Counted from the first letter of the stretch, positions 15,965-26,579 are shown. The stretch is DNA of 64,000 bases from Minisyncoccota bacterium (GCA_041665265.1 JBAYJE010000004.1:507-64506), one strand, 5' to 3'. Translations and numbers: made by a program. Notes: generated from the sequence alone by a model not told the origin.

Positions 15965-17476
15965 TTATTTAGATGGAATTCCTACAAAGAAAAAAGTAAG
16001 CTGAAATCCTGCTGAGCCATCTTCTCTTGTCGTAATCTGTGACACAAGAAGATCTACATCCTTAAAATCTTTTTCAGCGGCTATTGCATTCTTAAATGTG
16101 ATAATTGCATTATTGTCTGCCACATGTGCATTTAAAGTGATTAGTTTCTTGAGTGACGTGGCACCAATAGAATCAATAACTGCTTTATTTGCTGCAGCAA
16201 TTGTTTTAATTCTCGAGAAAAATGTTGTCCATGGTTCGCTTGTATCTTTCACAGAACGTGCAGTTTTTACAAGCGCATTGAACACACGCACGTTTTCTTC
16301 AAGACGCTGTAACTCCCCCGCAGGAATACGAGCGCTAAAAATAGAGAGGTTCCGTTGAGTTGATTTTAATTCACTTGCAAGCACATACGCACTTCCGCTA
16401 AAAAGAAGGAGAAAAATGCCGAGCACTCCAATTATAATAGTTCTCCATAGGTGTAAAAATTTAAGTCCCTGCTCTTCATAAAAATATTGTCCTGATCTTC
16501 CTGAACCCACATTAATTAAGATATCACGTTTCCTACTCTCACTCTCTCGAAGGGCGGCGCCCACTGCCGCATACCACTGAGAAGAAATGTTCCAGGTAGT
16601 AATCTGAAGTACGGCCACTGAGATACCAAATTTTAGTTGCACGAAGTTTTGCACTTCTGTTTCAAATCCAGGTGCAATCATAAAAAGTTTTTTTGGACTT
16701 TCTTTAAATTTACTCAGTGTAAAATTAATCACTTTTTGAATCTCTTCCGCAATCACCTCTTCAAATCGCTCTCGTGTAATTTGACGACTCTCACCCTGCA
16801 CTGAACGCCAGGAACGAAAATAATCAAAATAAAGTCCCCTACTTTTTAAAATAGAAAGATTCAACCCATCACTCGAAATCTGGAGGAGGAGTGAGGGGCT
16901 ATCATCCGCGCTTCCCGCAAGTGCAATAAGACGTGAAAGTGAGAGACTAGGAAACTCAAAGGCCACTGAAGAAAAATAAGACTCTTCAAGAAATTTTTGA
17001 AATTCATCTACATATTTTTTCTCCGCAAATGCGCCGAGAAGTTCATACTGGTCGGGCGTTTCTCGAATAACCTGCCAACTAATGTAGGCGGTGTCAGGTG
17101 ACATAGGAGAAATCATCTGAATGTTTAATGCGGCGGATTCTGCAAGTCTTTCAGAACCCACATTAGGCACCGTAAAACTTTGCGTGTACACCACATTCGG
17201 AGGAAGAGTAACGGTGACCGGAATTGGTTCCTTCTCTTTTCCAGGTAGCACTATTTGATGAAGTTGTTTTAAGTATGCAAAAAACTGTACCCCATCAACA
17301 AGTCTTCCCTCACGAACTACCCCAGGGGGCATCTTCACACTCGCAGTTTGCACGCCCCCTTTAAGCGCCACATATTGAAGCGCATAATCGCTTATCTGAA
17401 GCCCACCCACAAGAGGCTCTGAACTCAGTTGTTTTAAAAGAAATTGTAATTTTTGTATGATATCTTTTTTTGTCAT
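15965..17476 (-). CDS. PilM/PilN-like type IV pilus assembly fusion protein
   Basis: Actin-like N-terminus (GLQISD...PPGVVREG), one TM, coiled coil, ferredoxin-like C-terminus. Confidence 0.6.
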   Translation of the reverse strand: MTKKDIIQKLQFLLKQLSSEPLVGGLQISDYALQYVALKGGVQTASVKMPPGVVREGRLVDGVQFFAYLKQLHQIVLPGKEKEPIPVTVTLPPNVVYTQSFTVPNVGSERLAESAALNIQMISPMSPDTAYISWQVIRETPDQYELLGAFAEKKYVDEFQKFLEESYFSSVAFEFPSLSLSRLIALAGSADDSPSLLLQISSDGLNLSILKSRGLYFDYFRSWRSVQGESRQITRERFEEVIAEEIQKVINFTLSKFKESPKKLFMIAPGFETEVQNFVQLKFGISVAVLQITTWNISSQWYAAVGAALRESESRKRDILINVGSGRSGQYFYEEQGLKFLHLWRTIIIGVLGIFLLLFSGSAYVLASELKSTQRNLSIFSARIPAGELQRLEENVRVFNALVKTARSVKDTSEPWTTFFSRIKTIAAANKAVIDSIGATSLKKLITLNAHVADNNAIITFKNAIAAEKDFKDVDLLVSQITTREDGSAGFQLTFFFVGIPSK

Positions 17477-17479
17477 ATC

Positions 17480-17938
17480 TTATTGAACTGTTTGTTCGTT
17501 AAGTGATTGTAAGTCAGTAAGTCCTGTAATCTGATCTGCGGCGATAACTGCAACGAATTTTCTCTGTCGTGTTCCCGCAACTCCAATCGCGGTTATTGAA
17601 TATACATAACTTGAGCCCGACGAAACACGAGAAACGGTCACATTTGAGGTGTCACCATTTAGTGAAAATGAGTATAAAAGAGGACTTGCTCCAAATTCTT
17701 TATCACGAACGATGTGCATCTGTGCATCGCGCACACTCGACTGTGCAACAGTAAGTGCTCTTACATAAAGACGTTCACCAAGTCCAGAACTACTCAAAAA
17801 ATAGGTGACGAAACTTCCTGCAATTGCTATCTCAAGAATAAGACCACTTATCAAAATAATGAACGAGAGTGTCGCCTGCCCCATTCGTCTTTGATTATGT
17901 CGAAGAGCATAACTGCAAATCGGCGCCTGAGTCTTCAT
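17480..17938 (-). CDS. Pilin-like (PilX-type) protein
   Basis: RRMG-QATL class III signal-like motif followed by a hydrophobic helix. Confidence 0.6.
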   Translation of the reverse strand: MKTQAPICSYALRHNQRRMGQATLSFIILISGLILEIAIAGSFVTYFLSSSGLGERLYVRALTVAQSSVRDAQMHIVRDKEFGASPLLYSFSLNGDTSNVTVSRVSSGSSYVYSITAIGVAGTRQRKFVAVIAADQITGLTDLQSLNEQTVQ

Positions 17939-17997
17939 CACTCTTTATAATAGCAAAAAGCCCCGCACATTGCGGGACTCTTTGTAATTTATACTAA

Positions 17998-18432
17998 TTA
18001 TTTCTTCGTCTGAGGCTCTGGTTCAGGAATCGCCTGAGGTGCTGGAGCTTGCTGCTGCTGTCCCTGAGGAGGAACAAGATCAGGATTTGTCTCAAATACC
18101 TTTGCAAGTTCGCTATCGCTACGGAGCTGTGTATACCACACTACTTCTTCACGATTGATTTTCAAATAATCTTCTGGACCCCAGAATACATTCTTGAAAC
18201 GCTGTACGCTCAAAGGATTATCCTTGTTGCTCTGGTTTACTTGGAAGAGATACGGCTGCTTCAAACCAAAGTACGGAAATCGAACGAGTTTTCCGAAATA
18301 GAGATCTCCTGTTTTCAAATAGACTGCGGCGTACGAAGGTTTTCCTGCAACCTCTTTCCACACGACAAATCCAATGAGAACAAGAAGAAGAACTACGACC
18401 ACCGAGAGAAGAATTTTATTCATCTTATTCAT
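17998..18432 (-). CDS. Hypothetical membrane-anchored protein
   Basis: N-terminal TM, AVYL.TG.LYFG, Pro/Gln-rich tail. Confidence 0.75.
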   Translation of the reverse strand: MNKMNKILLSVVVVLLLVLIGFVVWKEVAGKPSYAAVYLKTGDLYFGKLVRFPYFGLKQPYLFQVNQSNKDNPLSVQRFKNVFWGPEDYLKINREEVVWYTQLRSDSELAKVFETNPDLVPPQGQQQQAPAPQAIPEPEPQTKK

Positions 18433-18492
18433 ATGGGTTTAGTATATCATTTCGCACTTCGCGGTCAAAAGAATATGTGGATAAACTGAGAC

Positions 18493-19425
18493 TTATTTTC
18501 CTTTGATGTGAAGATAGTCGTAAATATTAAGAATTGCCTTAATTGCATCACCCGCAGAAATATTATTCTGTCTATAAAGAGCGTCCGTCACATCCCCCGC
18601 CGCCCAGATACCAGGGCACGAAGTCTCCTGAGTTTGAGGATTTACCACAATTGAATTCCACTCACTTCGTTTTACAAGATCTTTTACTATCTCACTGTTT
18701 GGTTGAACTCCCGTTTCCACAAACACACCCTGAACTTTCAAAATCTTTTTCTCTCCTGTTTTTATGTCTTCATACAAAAGCTCACTTACTATCTTTCCTT
18801 CCCCATGAATCTCTCGTGGTACCGCGTTTAAAATAATTTCAACATTCTGATTTTGAACAATCTTGTCTTGGGTCGTCTTATCCCCCTTCAATGATTCTCC
18901 ACGATGAATAAGATAAATCTTGGTCGCGTAGGGTAAGAGATCTACTACCGCTTCAAGTCCAGAATTACCACCTCCTACTACGACCACTTCTTTTCCTTTA
19001 AAAAGGGGGGCGTCGCACGTTGCACAATACACTACTCCATGACCCTCAAACTCTTTCTCACCAGGAATTTCGAGTCTACGATGACGACTTCCAATAGTGA
19101 GAAGAATTGTCTTTGTTTCAAATACTTTTTTTGAACGCGTAGTCACATGAAATGTTCCATCGGAAAGCTTCTCAATTGTCTCCGCGCGCTCGCCATCAAC
19201 AATATTGATATTATCTTTCTGAGCACGAAGATGTCTCTCGAGTGCTTGTGAGAATTCAAATCCAGAAATCGAGGGGGTTCCAATCCAGTTCTGAATATCC
19301 ACTGAGATAACTGATTGCCCACCCACGGTATCCGCAATAATTGCCGTCTTCATTTTTTTGCGCGCCGCATACACGCCAGCTGCTACACCTCCAGGACCAC
19401 CACCAATAATAATTACATCGTACAT
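18493..19425 (-). CDS. trxB: Thioredoxin reductase (TrxB/AhpF C-terminal type)
   Basis: IIGGGPGG, CATCD, VGGGNSG, AAGD. Confidence 0.9.
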   Translation of the reverse strand: MYDVIIIGGGPGGVAAGVYAARKKMKTAIIADTVGGQSVISVDIQNWIGTPSISGFEFSQALERHLRAQKDNINIVDGERAETIEKLSDGTFHVTTRSKKVFETKTILLTIGSRHRRLEIPGEKEFEGHGVVYCATCDAPLFKGKEVVVVGGGNSGLEAVVDLLPYATKIYLIHRGESLKGDKTTQDKIVQNQNVEIILNAVPREIHGEGKIVSELLYEDIKTGEKKILKVQGVFVETGVQPNSEIVKDLVKRSEWNSIVVNPQTQETSCPGIWAAGDVTDALYRQNNISAGDAIKAILNIYDYLHIKGK

Positions 19426-19458
19426 AAGTTAAATAATTTCAAATTTTCAGTTTATCCA

Positions 19459-19623
19459 CTATTCCTCAGGGGGTACAAAATTCCACACAATCATTATGAC
19501 AATAAGACCTCCCGTGAGAATATTATTCCACACTGCTAAATTGACCGCAGAAAATCCGAGAATCCAAGGAGAAATCACAAGCCATACACTAAGACTCACC
19601 ACCACCCATTGATTCCATAACAT
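19459..19623 (-). CDS. SPW-repeat small membrane protein (54 aa, below the ORF-track cutoff)
   Basis: MLWNQWVVVSLSVWLVISPWILGFSAVNLAVWNNILTGG...; TACAAT 7 nt before ATG. Confidence 0.8.
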   Translation of the reverse strand: MLWNQWVVVSLSVWLVISPWILGFSAVNLAVWNNILTGGLIVIMIVWNFVPPEE

Positions 19624-19690
19624 ATGAGATTATTGTACCGCGAAAAGAAAGGTAATAAAAGAAATCCGCCCCTTAAGGGCGGATAGGTGG

Positions 19691-20524
19691 TTATTTAATA
19701 AGTGCATCCATTATCTTCTGAATCCAAGTATAAGGAAGTGCTCCTCCCATACTTACCATAGTCTCATCTTCTGAAATAAAGAACGGTGGTGGACTTGTAG
19801 GATCAAGCTTCAAGAAGTAAGCATTTGCACCCTCAACAAATGTTTTTGCTTCTTTCGTAATTCCTTTACTTATTACAAAGATAGAAAGTGGTGTTCCTGG
19901 TCTTCCTTTCAAAATAGCGGTTCCCTCTTCCACTTGTGCTCTCACTCTTGGAGCATTCCGCTCACTCTTCAAACATTCTTCAAATTTTGCCTTATTGAGT
20001 CCTACGTCTGTCGCAATCTTTGGAAGAAGTAAGGGGTCAAGTCCATTATTAGAAGGAGTAAGTTCAAGAAGACGTTTCGCATACTCCCAGAATTTTGTAT
20101 TTCCTCCAAGTTCTGCCGCACACTCGCTCGCTTCCGATTCTTTTACCGCTCTTGGGTGTAATTGATCCAAAGGAAGTTGGCGATAAACCCACGCCACATT
20201 ACTTGTGTACGCATCTACTGTTTGCTGCATTGTGTCATGGAATCGTTTACAAAACGGACATTCGAAATCAGAGTATTCAATAATTCTAATCGGTGCGTCA
20301 ATGCTTCCCAAAATATGATCATCTGGACTTATTGCTTTTACATCTTTAAATGAGGGTGTTGCATCAGCAATCTCTGCGAGATTTGCAGTTTGCGGTATAT
20401 TCACCTCTCCTTTCTTGCCTACATTATAAATAAGCGAAACAGAAATAAGTACCGCCGCAAGCACAATACTTGCGGGTAATAAATAATCTTTTTTTACTTT
20501 CTTTTCTTCAATTTGTTCATCCAT
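19691..20524 (-). CDS. DsbA/thioredoxin-fold oxidoreductase, membrane anchored
   Basis: EYSDFECPFC, GTP, N-terminal TM; start moved to MDEQ. Confidence 0.9.
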   Translation of the reverse strand: MDEQIEEKKVKKDYLLPASIVLAAVLISVSLIYNVGKKGEVNIPQTANLAEIADATPSFKDVKAISPDDHILGSIDAPIRIIEYSDFECPFCKRFHDTMQQTVDAYTSNVAWVYRQLPLDQLHPRAVKESEASECAAELGGNTKFWEYAKRLLELTPSNNGLDPLLLPKIATDVGLNKAKFEECLKSERNAPRVRAQVEEGTAILKGRPGTPLSIFVISKGITKEAKTFVEGANAYFLKLDPTSPPPFFISEDETMVSMGGALPYTWIQKIMDALIK

Positions 20525-20605
20525 GTAGTTCATGATATCGAACGAGTTACGCTTCGTCAACGCAACTTCCAAAAGATAAAAAAGCGGAGTATTATGAAAT
20601 AAATT

Positions 20606-21922
20606 ATGAATACGGTCAAAAAGACAATCCTCCTCTTGGGAGATATTGCGGTGCTCTATGGATCTCTCGTGATAGCCCTTATTCTCCGCTATTGGGACAC
20701 TACACAGCTCTCCGAGCGCCTTGCGGCCCATATTGTGCCTTTTTCTGCGCTCTTCCCTCTCTGGCTCCTTGTGGTCTATTTACACGATCTTTATCGCTAT
20801 CGCTCATTTCGTGACTCATTTTGGTTATTCAAAAAAATTGCGCGGGTCGCCGCAATAAGTATTTCTCTCTCTATTATTGTTCTTTACTTATTTCCAACAT
20901 TTTTTGAGCTCACTCCAAAAACAAATCTCCTTTTGTTTAGTATTCTCTTTCTTCTTCTGGTCCAACTTTGGAGAACGATTGCGTTGCACTTATTTGCCTC
21001 TGGAAAAACTCGCGTCGTAATGTTGGGAAACTCGCCACTCATTACCGAAACGGTCGCTTATCTCAAAAAAAATCCACATGCAGGATATGAGCTTGTGGAA
21101 TGGGTAGATTCCGTCGATGCCTCTGCGCTTCAAAAACTTGCCACCCTTGTGCAGTCTTCTCACATTCATCTTGTGGTTATTCCACAACACCTCACCAAAG
21201 ATCTCTCAATGCTTCGCTTTATTTATCAGCTACTTCCTTTAGAGGTCTCTCTTATGCGCTTCTCAGAATTTTATGAGATTAATTTTGAAAAAGAACCACT
21301 GAAAGAACTTGATGAAGGTTGGTTTGTAGAAAACATCTCCACGCGTCGACCATTCTTTGATATTGCAAAACGCATCTTTGATATTGGGGTCGCCATTCTT
21401 TGTACTCTTATCTTCCTTATTCCTGCACTCCTTATTGCATTTCTTATTGCGGCCACTTCAAAAGGACCCATTATCTACTCCCAAAAACGCACTGGGAAAA
21501 ATGGAGTTGCGTTTACGCTCTATAAATTTAGAACCATGAACCACAACACAGGTGGCGCACTCTGGACTGAGGCAAATGATTCACGCATTACAACATTCGG
21601 CAAAATACTTCGTGCTTCACATCTTGATGAGCTTCCTCAACTTATTAATATTTTAAATAACACTATTTCATTTGTAGGTCCCCGTCCTGAACGAACCGAA
21701 CTCTCCCTCCAATATACCCAGTTCCCCTACTACGATATTCGTCATGTGGTAAAACCGGGCCTTACTGGATGGGCACAAGTATTCTATAAACCAAGTGCGT
21801 CTCTTGAAGAAGCATATGAAAAACTCTGTTATGATGTGTACTACATAAAAAACAGGTCGTTTTTTCTCGATCTGATTATCTTTCTTAAAACTATTAAATA
21901 TCTCTTTACTGCCTCCTTATGA
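20606..21922 (+). CDS. Polyprenyl-phosphate sugar phosphotransferase (priming glycosyltransferase, WcaJ/WbaP family)
   Basis: KRIFD, YKFRTM, LDELPQL, VGPRPE, KPGLTGWAQV. Confidence 0.93.
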   Translation: MNTVKKTILLLGDIAVLYGSLVIALILRYWDTTQLSERLAAHIVPFSALFPLWLLVVYLHDLYRYRSFRDSFWLFKKIARVAAISISLSIIVLYLFPTFFELTPKTNLLLFSILFLLLVQLWRTIALHLFASGKTRVVMLGNSPLITETVAYLKKNPHAGYELVEWVDSVDASALQKLATLVQSSHIHLVVIPQHLTKDLSMLRFIYQLLPLEVSLMRFSEFYEINFEKEPLKELDEGWFVENISTRRPFFDIAKRIFDIGVAILCTLIFLIPALLIAFLIAATSKGPIIYSQKRTGKNGVAFTLYKFRTMNHNTGGALWTEANDSRITTFGKILRASHLDELPQLINILNNTISFVGPRPERTELSLQYTQFPYYDIRHVVKPGLTGWAQVFYKPSASLEEAYEKLCYDVYYIKNRSFFLDLIIFLKTIKYLFTASL

Positions 21923-23379
21923 TTGCACGACTAAAACAGCTTCTCTTTCAAAATAAAAATGCTCGTCAAACAGTTGTAAAAAATATGTTTTGGCTATCCT
22001 TTGGCCAAATAGCGAGTCGTGGTATTCGCGCATTTATTATTATTTACAGCGCACGACTTCTTGGCACTACCGAATATGGTATCTTCTCGTATGCACTCAG
22101 TCTTGCTGGATTTTTTACTCTTTTTGCGGACATCGGCCTTAGTTCTATTCTCACACGAGAAGTGTCCCGAAAACCGGAAGAGGCATCACTCTATTTCTCT
22201 ACGGCTTTTTGGATGAAAGTCGTACTTCTTATTTTCACCGCCCTTGCAGTAATTTTTATTGCTCCGTATTTTTCAAAAATAGAAGGATCTAAGATTCTTC
22301 TCCCTCTCGTTGCAATTCTTGTGAGTTTCGACAATATTAGAGAATTTTGCAACGCGTTCTTTCGAGGGAAAGAGAAAATGGAACGCGAGGCATTTATCAC
22401 ACTACTCACCAATATATCAATTGCTGTTTTTGGTTTTTTTATCCTGTACTTCTATAAGAGTGCATTTGCAATCACATTTTCATATATTTCAAGTGCGGGA
22501 TTTGGCATGGTTGCAGCAATATTTATTCTAAAAGATGAGTTCGTCCATATCGTGCGCAATTTTAGAAAAGAACTGGTCCTCGCCATTTTTTCTTCTGCGT
22601 GGTCAATCGCATTACTTGGATTGCTTGGTGTGTTTATATTAAGTATTGATGTGGTAATGCTTGGCTGGCTTCGTACCGCATCAGATGTCGGCCTTTATTC
22701 TGCGGGCCAGCGCATTGTGCAAGTACTTTATGTGCTTCCCTCAATTCTTGCTGCAAGCACCTTCCCCGCACTCTCGCGCGCAATAGGAAAGAATAACCCA
22801 ACTCAAGTGCAAAACATCATAGAACGAACCATGGCAATGACTTTTTTTGTCGCCCTTCCTCTCGTCACTGGAGGAATAATACTCGGTGTACCTATTATGG
22901 CTTTTGTGTTTGGAAACGACTATCTTCCTGGAGCACTGACCTTCCAAATTCTTATAGGGACCGCTCTTTTTGTTTTTCCTGGGACCCTGATTGGTAACTA
23001 CATCTTAGGACACGATCGCCAACGCGACATTGCAAAATTTGCCGCAATAGCTTCAGTTGGTAATATTGTTTTAAATTATATTTTTATTATTCCATTTGGT
23101 ATAGCAGGAGCTGCACTCGCCACCATAATAATACAAGCATTTTACAATTTATTTCTTTGGCGCTTTGCAAAGAAAGTTCACAATTTTCATACCCTGCGCC
23201 ACTTAAAAAAAATTGCTATTGCAACAGTCACCATGGGTGTCGCCGCACTCTTTATGAACATTGCGGGCGCCCACGTTCTCATCACTATCGCCACCTCAAT
23301 CCTTCTTTATATGGGAGTCCTTGTCGCTCTTAAAGAGAAGATTATGCATGAAATTCTTCTTGTGGTACGCGGAATATAA
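21919..23379 (+). CDS. Wzx-type polysaccharide flippase
   Basis: Multi-TM MOP family; ARLLG..EYG, D.GL, VGLYSA. Confidence 0.9.
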   Translation: MIARLKQLLFQNKNARQTVVKNMFWLSFGQIASRGIRAFIIIYSARLLGTTEYGIFSYALSLAGFFTLFADIGLSSILTREVSRKPEEASLYFSTAFWMKVVLLIFTALAVIFIAPYFSKIEGSKILLPLVAILVSFDNIREFCNAFFRGKEKMEREAFITLLTNISIAVFGFFILYFYKSAFAITFSYISSAGFGMVAAIFILKDEFVHIVRNFRKELVLAIFSSAWSIALLGLLGVFILSIDVVMLGWLRTASDVGLYSAGQRIVQVLYVLPSILAASTFPALSRAIGKNNPTQVQNIIERTMAMTFFVALPLVTGGIILGVPIMAFVFGNDYLPGALTFQILIGTALFVFPGTLIGNYILGHDRQRDIAKFAAIASVGNIVLNYIFIIPFGIAGAALATIIIQAFYNLFLWRFAKKVHNFHTLRHLKKIAIATVTMGVAALFMNIAGAHVLITIATSILLYMGVLVALKEKIMHEILLVVRGI

Positions 23380-23397
23380 AATTCAATACTAAATTGA

Positions 23398-23496
23398 TCC
23401 CGTTAGAGGCATCGTATTGAAAAAACTGATTTGAAGGGAGATTAAAAAAGTTAATATCAACAGAGTAACACCTAAAAAGTGTGGCCTCTAACGGGA
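23398..23496. mobile_element. MITE-like element with 13-bp terminal inverted repeats and TTGA flanks
   Basis: TTGA-TCCCGTTAGAGGC...GCCTCTAACGGGA-TTGA. Confidence 0.65.
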
Positions 23497-23525
23497 TTGA
23501 CATAAGTCAATTTTCTTATTATTAT
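23497..23525 (+). promoter_or_regulatory. Sigma70-type promoter
   Basis: TTGACA-N17-TATTAT upstream of 23569. Confidence 0.65.
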
Positions 23526-23568
23526 AGTGCCAGTAGCTTAACATTCATTAATTTAATCGGAGAAACGA

Positions 23569-24072
23569 ATGAACGGAAATAAGCCTTCATCTTTTTTTAC
23601 ATTCTTTACGAAAAACTTTCGTCGAGGAATTGCGCCATGGTTTGGTGTTACACTTCTCGTAATACTCTGGAAGTTCGCAATGATTCCCCTAGAACTCATC
23701 ACTGCAAATCAACTCTTTCAAATCACGCTTGTGCCATTTGCAATTTTTCTTACAGGATTCATCATATCGCTTATAAGCAATATCAAAAATGGCAAAATAC
23801 TGAAACGCTTTATTGAAAAGAAAATTCCCAAAGACTTCGTCACTAAGAAAGTAGTGCGATGGCGTTCCGGCAACTTCTTTGTGAAAGGACTCCTTAATAA
23901 ACCTAATCCTGATGGAAAGACCGCCGAAATTATATGGATAAAAGCAGGAGTGCTCAATTTCATCTGGGAATATATTGATGTTCCCCTTGAAGATATTGAA
24001 GAAATCGAGGGAATAAATGCGGCAACGTTCATTATGCGACTCGTAACCTTCGGTCTCGCAAAAAACGGATAA
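23569..24072 (+). CDS. Hypothetical two-TM membrane protein (orphan)
   Basis: GGAG SD, two hydrophobic helices, hairpin after the stop. Confidence 0.7.
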   Translation: MNGNKPSSFFTFFTKNFRRGIAPWFGVTLLVILWKFAMIPLELITANQLFQITLVPFAIFLTGFIISLISNIKNGKILKRFIEKKIPKDFVTKKVVRWRSGNFFVKGLLNKPNPDGKTAEIIWIKAGVLNFIWEYIDVPLEDIEEIEGINAATFIMRLVTFGLAKNG

Positions 24073-24109
24073 CAAAAATATCCCGTTCGCTCTCAGGCGA
24101 ATGGGATTT

Positions 24110-25297
24110 TTATTTCAAATAATTTTGAATAACTTTTGCTATCTGTTCGGCTGCATGACCGTCACCAAACGCCGTGTGTTTTTTAGACATCGCTTCGTGA
24201 GCCTCTTTATTTTCCAAAAGATGCAATGTTTCTTTTATTATTTTCTCCTTATCGGCGCCCACAAGTAAAGCCCCGCCAAAACTCACTCCCTCTGGACGTT
24301 CTGTGACCTCACGCATAACCAACGTGGGTTTCCCCATAAATGAAACTTCCTCCTGAATACCTCCTGAATCCGTAAGGACGATTTTGGATTTGCTCATAAG
24401 GAAAGTAAACAATTCGTATCCGAGAGGCTCAATGAGACGCACATTCTGAATATTTTTTAATTTTGCAAAAACTACTTCTTTTACGTTTGGATTGGGATGT
24501 ACAGGATACACGAAAATCACATCAGGAAGCCTATGAGCAAGCTCTGCGATGGCCTCCATAATATTCTGCATACCTTCCCCAAAACTTTCTCTGCGATGTG
24601 CAGTAACAAGGACAACTCTTTTAGTAACATCTCCTAATGGAATATTATATTTTTCACTGAAAAGCGAGTAAAGTCTTTTTTGCGTTGCTTCTTCGCTGTG
24701 AAATTCCATAACAAGACGCAATGCATCAAGTACAGTGTTCCCCGTTACCCAAATTGTATCACTGCTAACACCCTCCTTAAGGAGGTTTTGTTTAGCGGAT
24801 TCGGTAGATGCAAAATGTAACTCAGCAATTGAACCGGTAAGTTTACGGTTCATTTCTTCAGGAAAAGGCGAATATTTGTCACCACTTCGAAGTCCTGCCT
24901 CAACATGAGCAACTGGAATTTTAAAATGAAATGCAATAAATGCAGTAATAAAAACTGTTGAGGTATCTCCTTGCACCACCACCAAATCAGGTCGTTCCTT
25001 TTTTATAACAAAAAGAAACCTCACAACACCAAAACAAACCTTCAAAGCGCTCCACGCCTTTTTAAAAATATTAGGGCTTAGGAGTCCGTGATTACCAAAT
25101 GGTAAATCAATATCAAAGTTTGGTTTTATATCAAAAACTTTAATCGGGTCATTTAAAAGTTTTCCCTGCTGACGAAGAACACAAGTGAGCACACTCAAAT
25201 TGGATACCTTCTCCAACTCTTTAATAACTGGAGCAAGTTTAATTGCTTCTGGTCTCGTACCAAAAACCACTAAGACTTTCTTATTCTTAAGAGACAT
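24110..25297 (-). CDS. wecB: UDP-N-acetylglucosamine 2-epimerase (non-hydrolysing)
   Basis: GTRPEAIK, QGDT, HVEAGLRS, PFPEE.NR, DSGGIQEE. Confidence 0.95.
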   Translation of the reverse strand: MSLKNKKVLVVFGTRPEAIKLAPVIKELEKVSNLSVLTCVLRQQGKLLNDPIKVFDIKPNFDIDLPFGNHGLLSPNIFKKAWSALKVCFGVVRFLFVIKKERPDLVVVQGDTSTVFITAFIAFHFKIPVAHVEAGLRSGDKYSPFPEEMNRKLTGSIAELHFASTESAKQNLLKEGVSSDTIWVTGNTVLDALRLVMEFHSEEATQKRLYSLFSEKYNIPLGDVTKRVVLVTAHRRESFGEGMQNIMEAIAELAHRLPDVIFVYPVHPNPNVKEVVFAKLKNIQNVRLIEPLGYELFTFLMSKSKIVLTDSGGIQEEVSFMGKPTLVMREVTERPEGVSFGGALLVGADKEKIIKETLHLLENKEAHEAMSKKHTAFGDGHAAEQIAKVIQNYLK

Positions 25298-25341
25298 AAT
25301 ACCTAGAATACTACCTTAACCACAATAAATTACCAAAAAGG

Positions 25342-26562
25342 CTAGAATAACGCCTCCCACTTAGCGGCGCAAACCTCTTTTGTAAAATGAGCTTCGGCAT
25401 AATGAAGTCCATTCTCTCCGCACTCTTTTAATGTATTACGTTCTTTGTACATTCTTACAACAACCTCTAAGGCTGCCTCCTCGTCTCCATAAAGTGCCGA
25501 GTATCCACAATGAGCTTCTTTGATTATCAAATGTCCCTCACTTTCCTTATGAAGAAGGGCTAAAACAGGTAATCCTGCCGCCAAATATCCCATAAGTTTT
25601 GCCGGCACAGCAGGGGTGGTATTTTTATTTGTAAGACTGAAAAATCCTACATCCATATCCTTTAAGAGACTCGGATAGTCTTCTTTAGAAACCCAATCTC
25701 CAAAGATAACGTTTTTTAAATCCATCTCTTTCTTCATTTTCACAAGCCTTTCTTTCTCACCTCCCTCGCCCACAAAAAGAAATACAATATCGAGATAGTT
25801 CTTTAACTTTGTTGCAACACGAAGAACGAGATCAAGTCCCTGTGATGGACCGAGCACGCCGCCAAACACAAATACAAATTTGCTTTCCAATCCAAATTGC
25901 TTTCTAAATCTTCCCGTTTTCCTTGCTTCACGAAATGGTCCCATATTTATCCAATGAGGAATTACTCGAATCTTCTCGTTTTTTACGCCACGATTTTTTT
26001 CCAGAAAAAATTGGTGCTCGTTTGAAGGAACAACTATTAAGTCAGATTTTTCATATGCACCATGCTCCATCCGCTCAAAAAACTTAATAATGGGCTCGAG
26101 AGTGAGAATCCCAAGATCAACCGCATTCTGCGGAAAAAAATCGTGCAAATTAAGAAGAAATTTTGCACCGTAAAACTTTTTTACCATTGCGGTAGTAATA
26201 GTAAGCGGAAGAGGTGGGCTATGCACAATCACTACATCGAATCGTTCTTTTGCTCTTTTTCTAAGCGCAAACCAAAAAATATAAGGTAAGAAAAGCTGTG
26301 AAATGCCTCGAATTATGAAATGAACCTTATGATGTGGTAAGGTTTTCACGCGAAGTACGCGCACCCCATCTTCGGTAGCATCTAATGCAAAGGTTACCGC
26401 ATGACCATGAGAATCAGCTAAGTTGTATTTAGGATAGGAAGTAAGAACAGTTACCTCGTGCCCCCTTTCTTTTAATGCGTTCGCCAAGTCCCCCATTAAT
26501 TCGGATGCCGATCTAAGCTCTGGCGGATAAGAATCCGTAATGATGAGAATTTTTTTCTTCAT
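25342..26562 (-). CDS. Glycosyltransferase family 4 (WbuB-like)
   Basis: YPPE, SPPL, P.KL..YLAAG.P. Confidence 0.88.
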   Translation of the reverse strand: MKKKILIITDSYPPELRSASELMGDLANALKERGHEVTVLTSYPKYNLADSHGHAVTFALDATEDGVRVLRVKTLPHHKVHFIIRGISQLFLPYIFWFALRKRAKERFDVVIVHSPPLPLTITTAMVKKFYGAKFLLNLHDFFPQNAVDLGILTLEPIIKFFERMEHGAYEKSDLIVVPSNEHQFFLEKNRGVKNEKIRVIPHWINMGPFREARKTGRFRKQFGLESKFVFVFGGVLGPSQGLDLVLRVATKLKNYLDIVFLFVGEGGEKERLVKMKKEMDLKNVIFGDWVSKEDYPSLLKDMDVGFFSLTNKNTTPAVPAKLMGYLAAGLPVLALLHKESEGHLIIKEAHCGYSALYGDEEAALEVVVRMYKERNTLKECGENGLHYAEAHFTKEVCAAKWEALF

Positions 26563-26579
26563 ACACACATAACCGACTA

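Noticed and set aside
20525-20731. Long N-terminal extension of the DsbA-like ORF overlapping the sugar transferase
   Set aside because: ORF-caller artefact. The start at 20524 follows a -10 box and removes the overlap.
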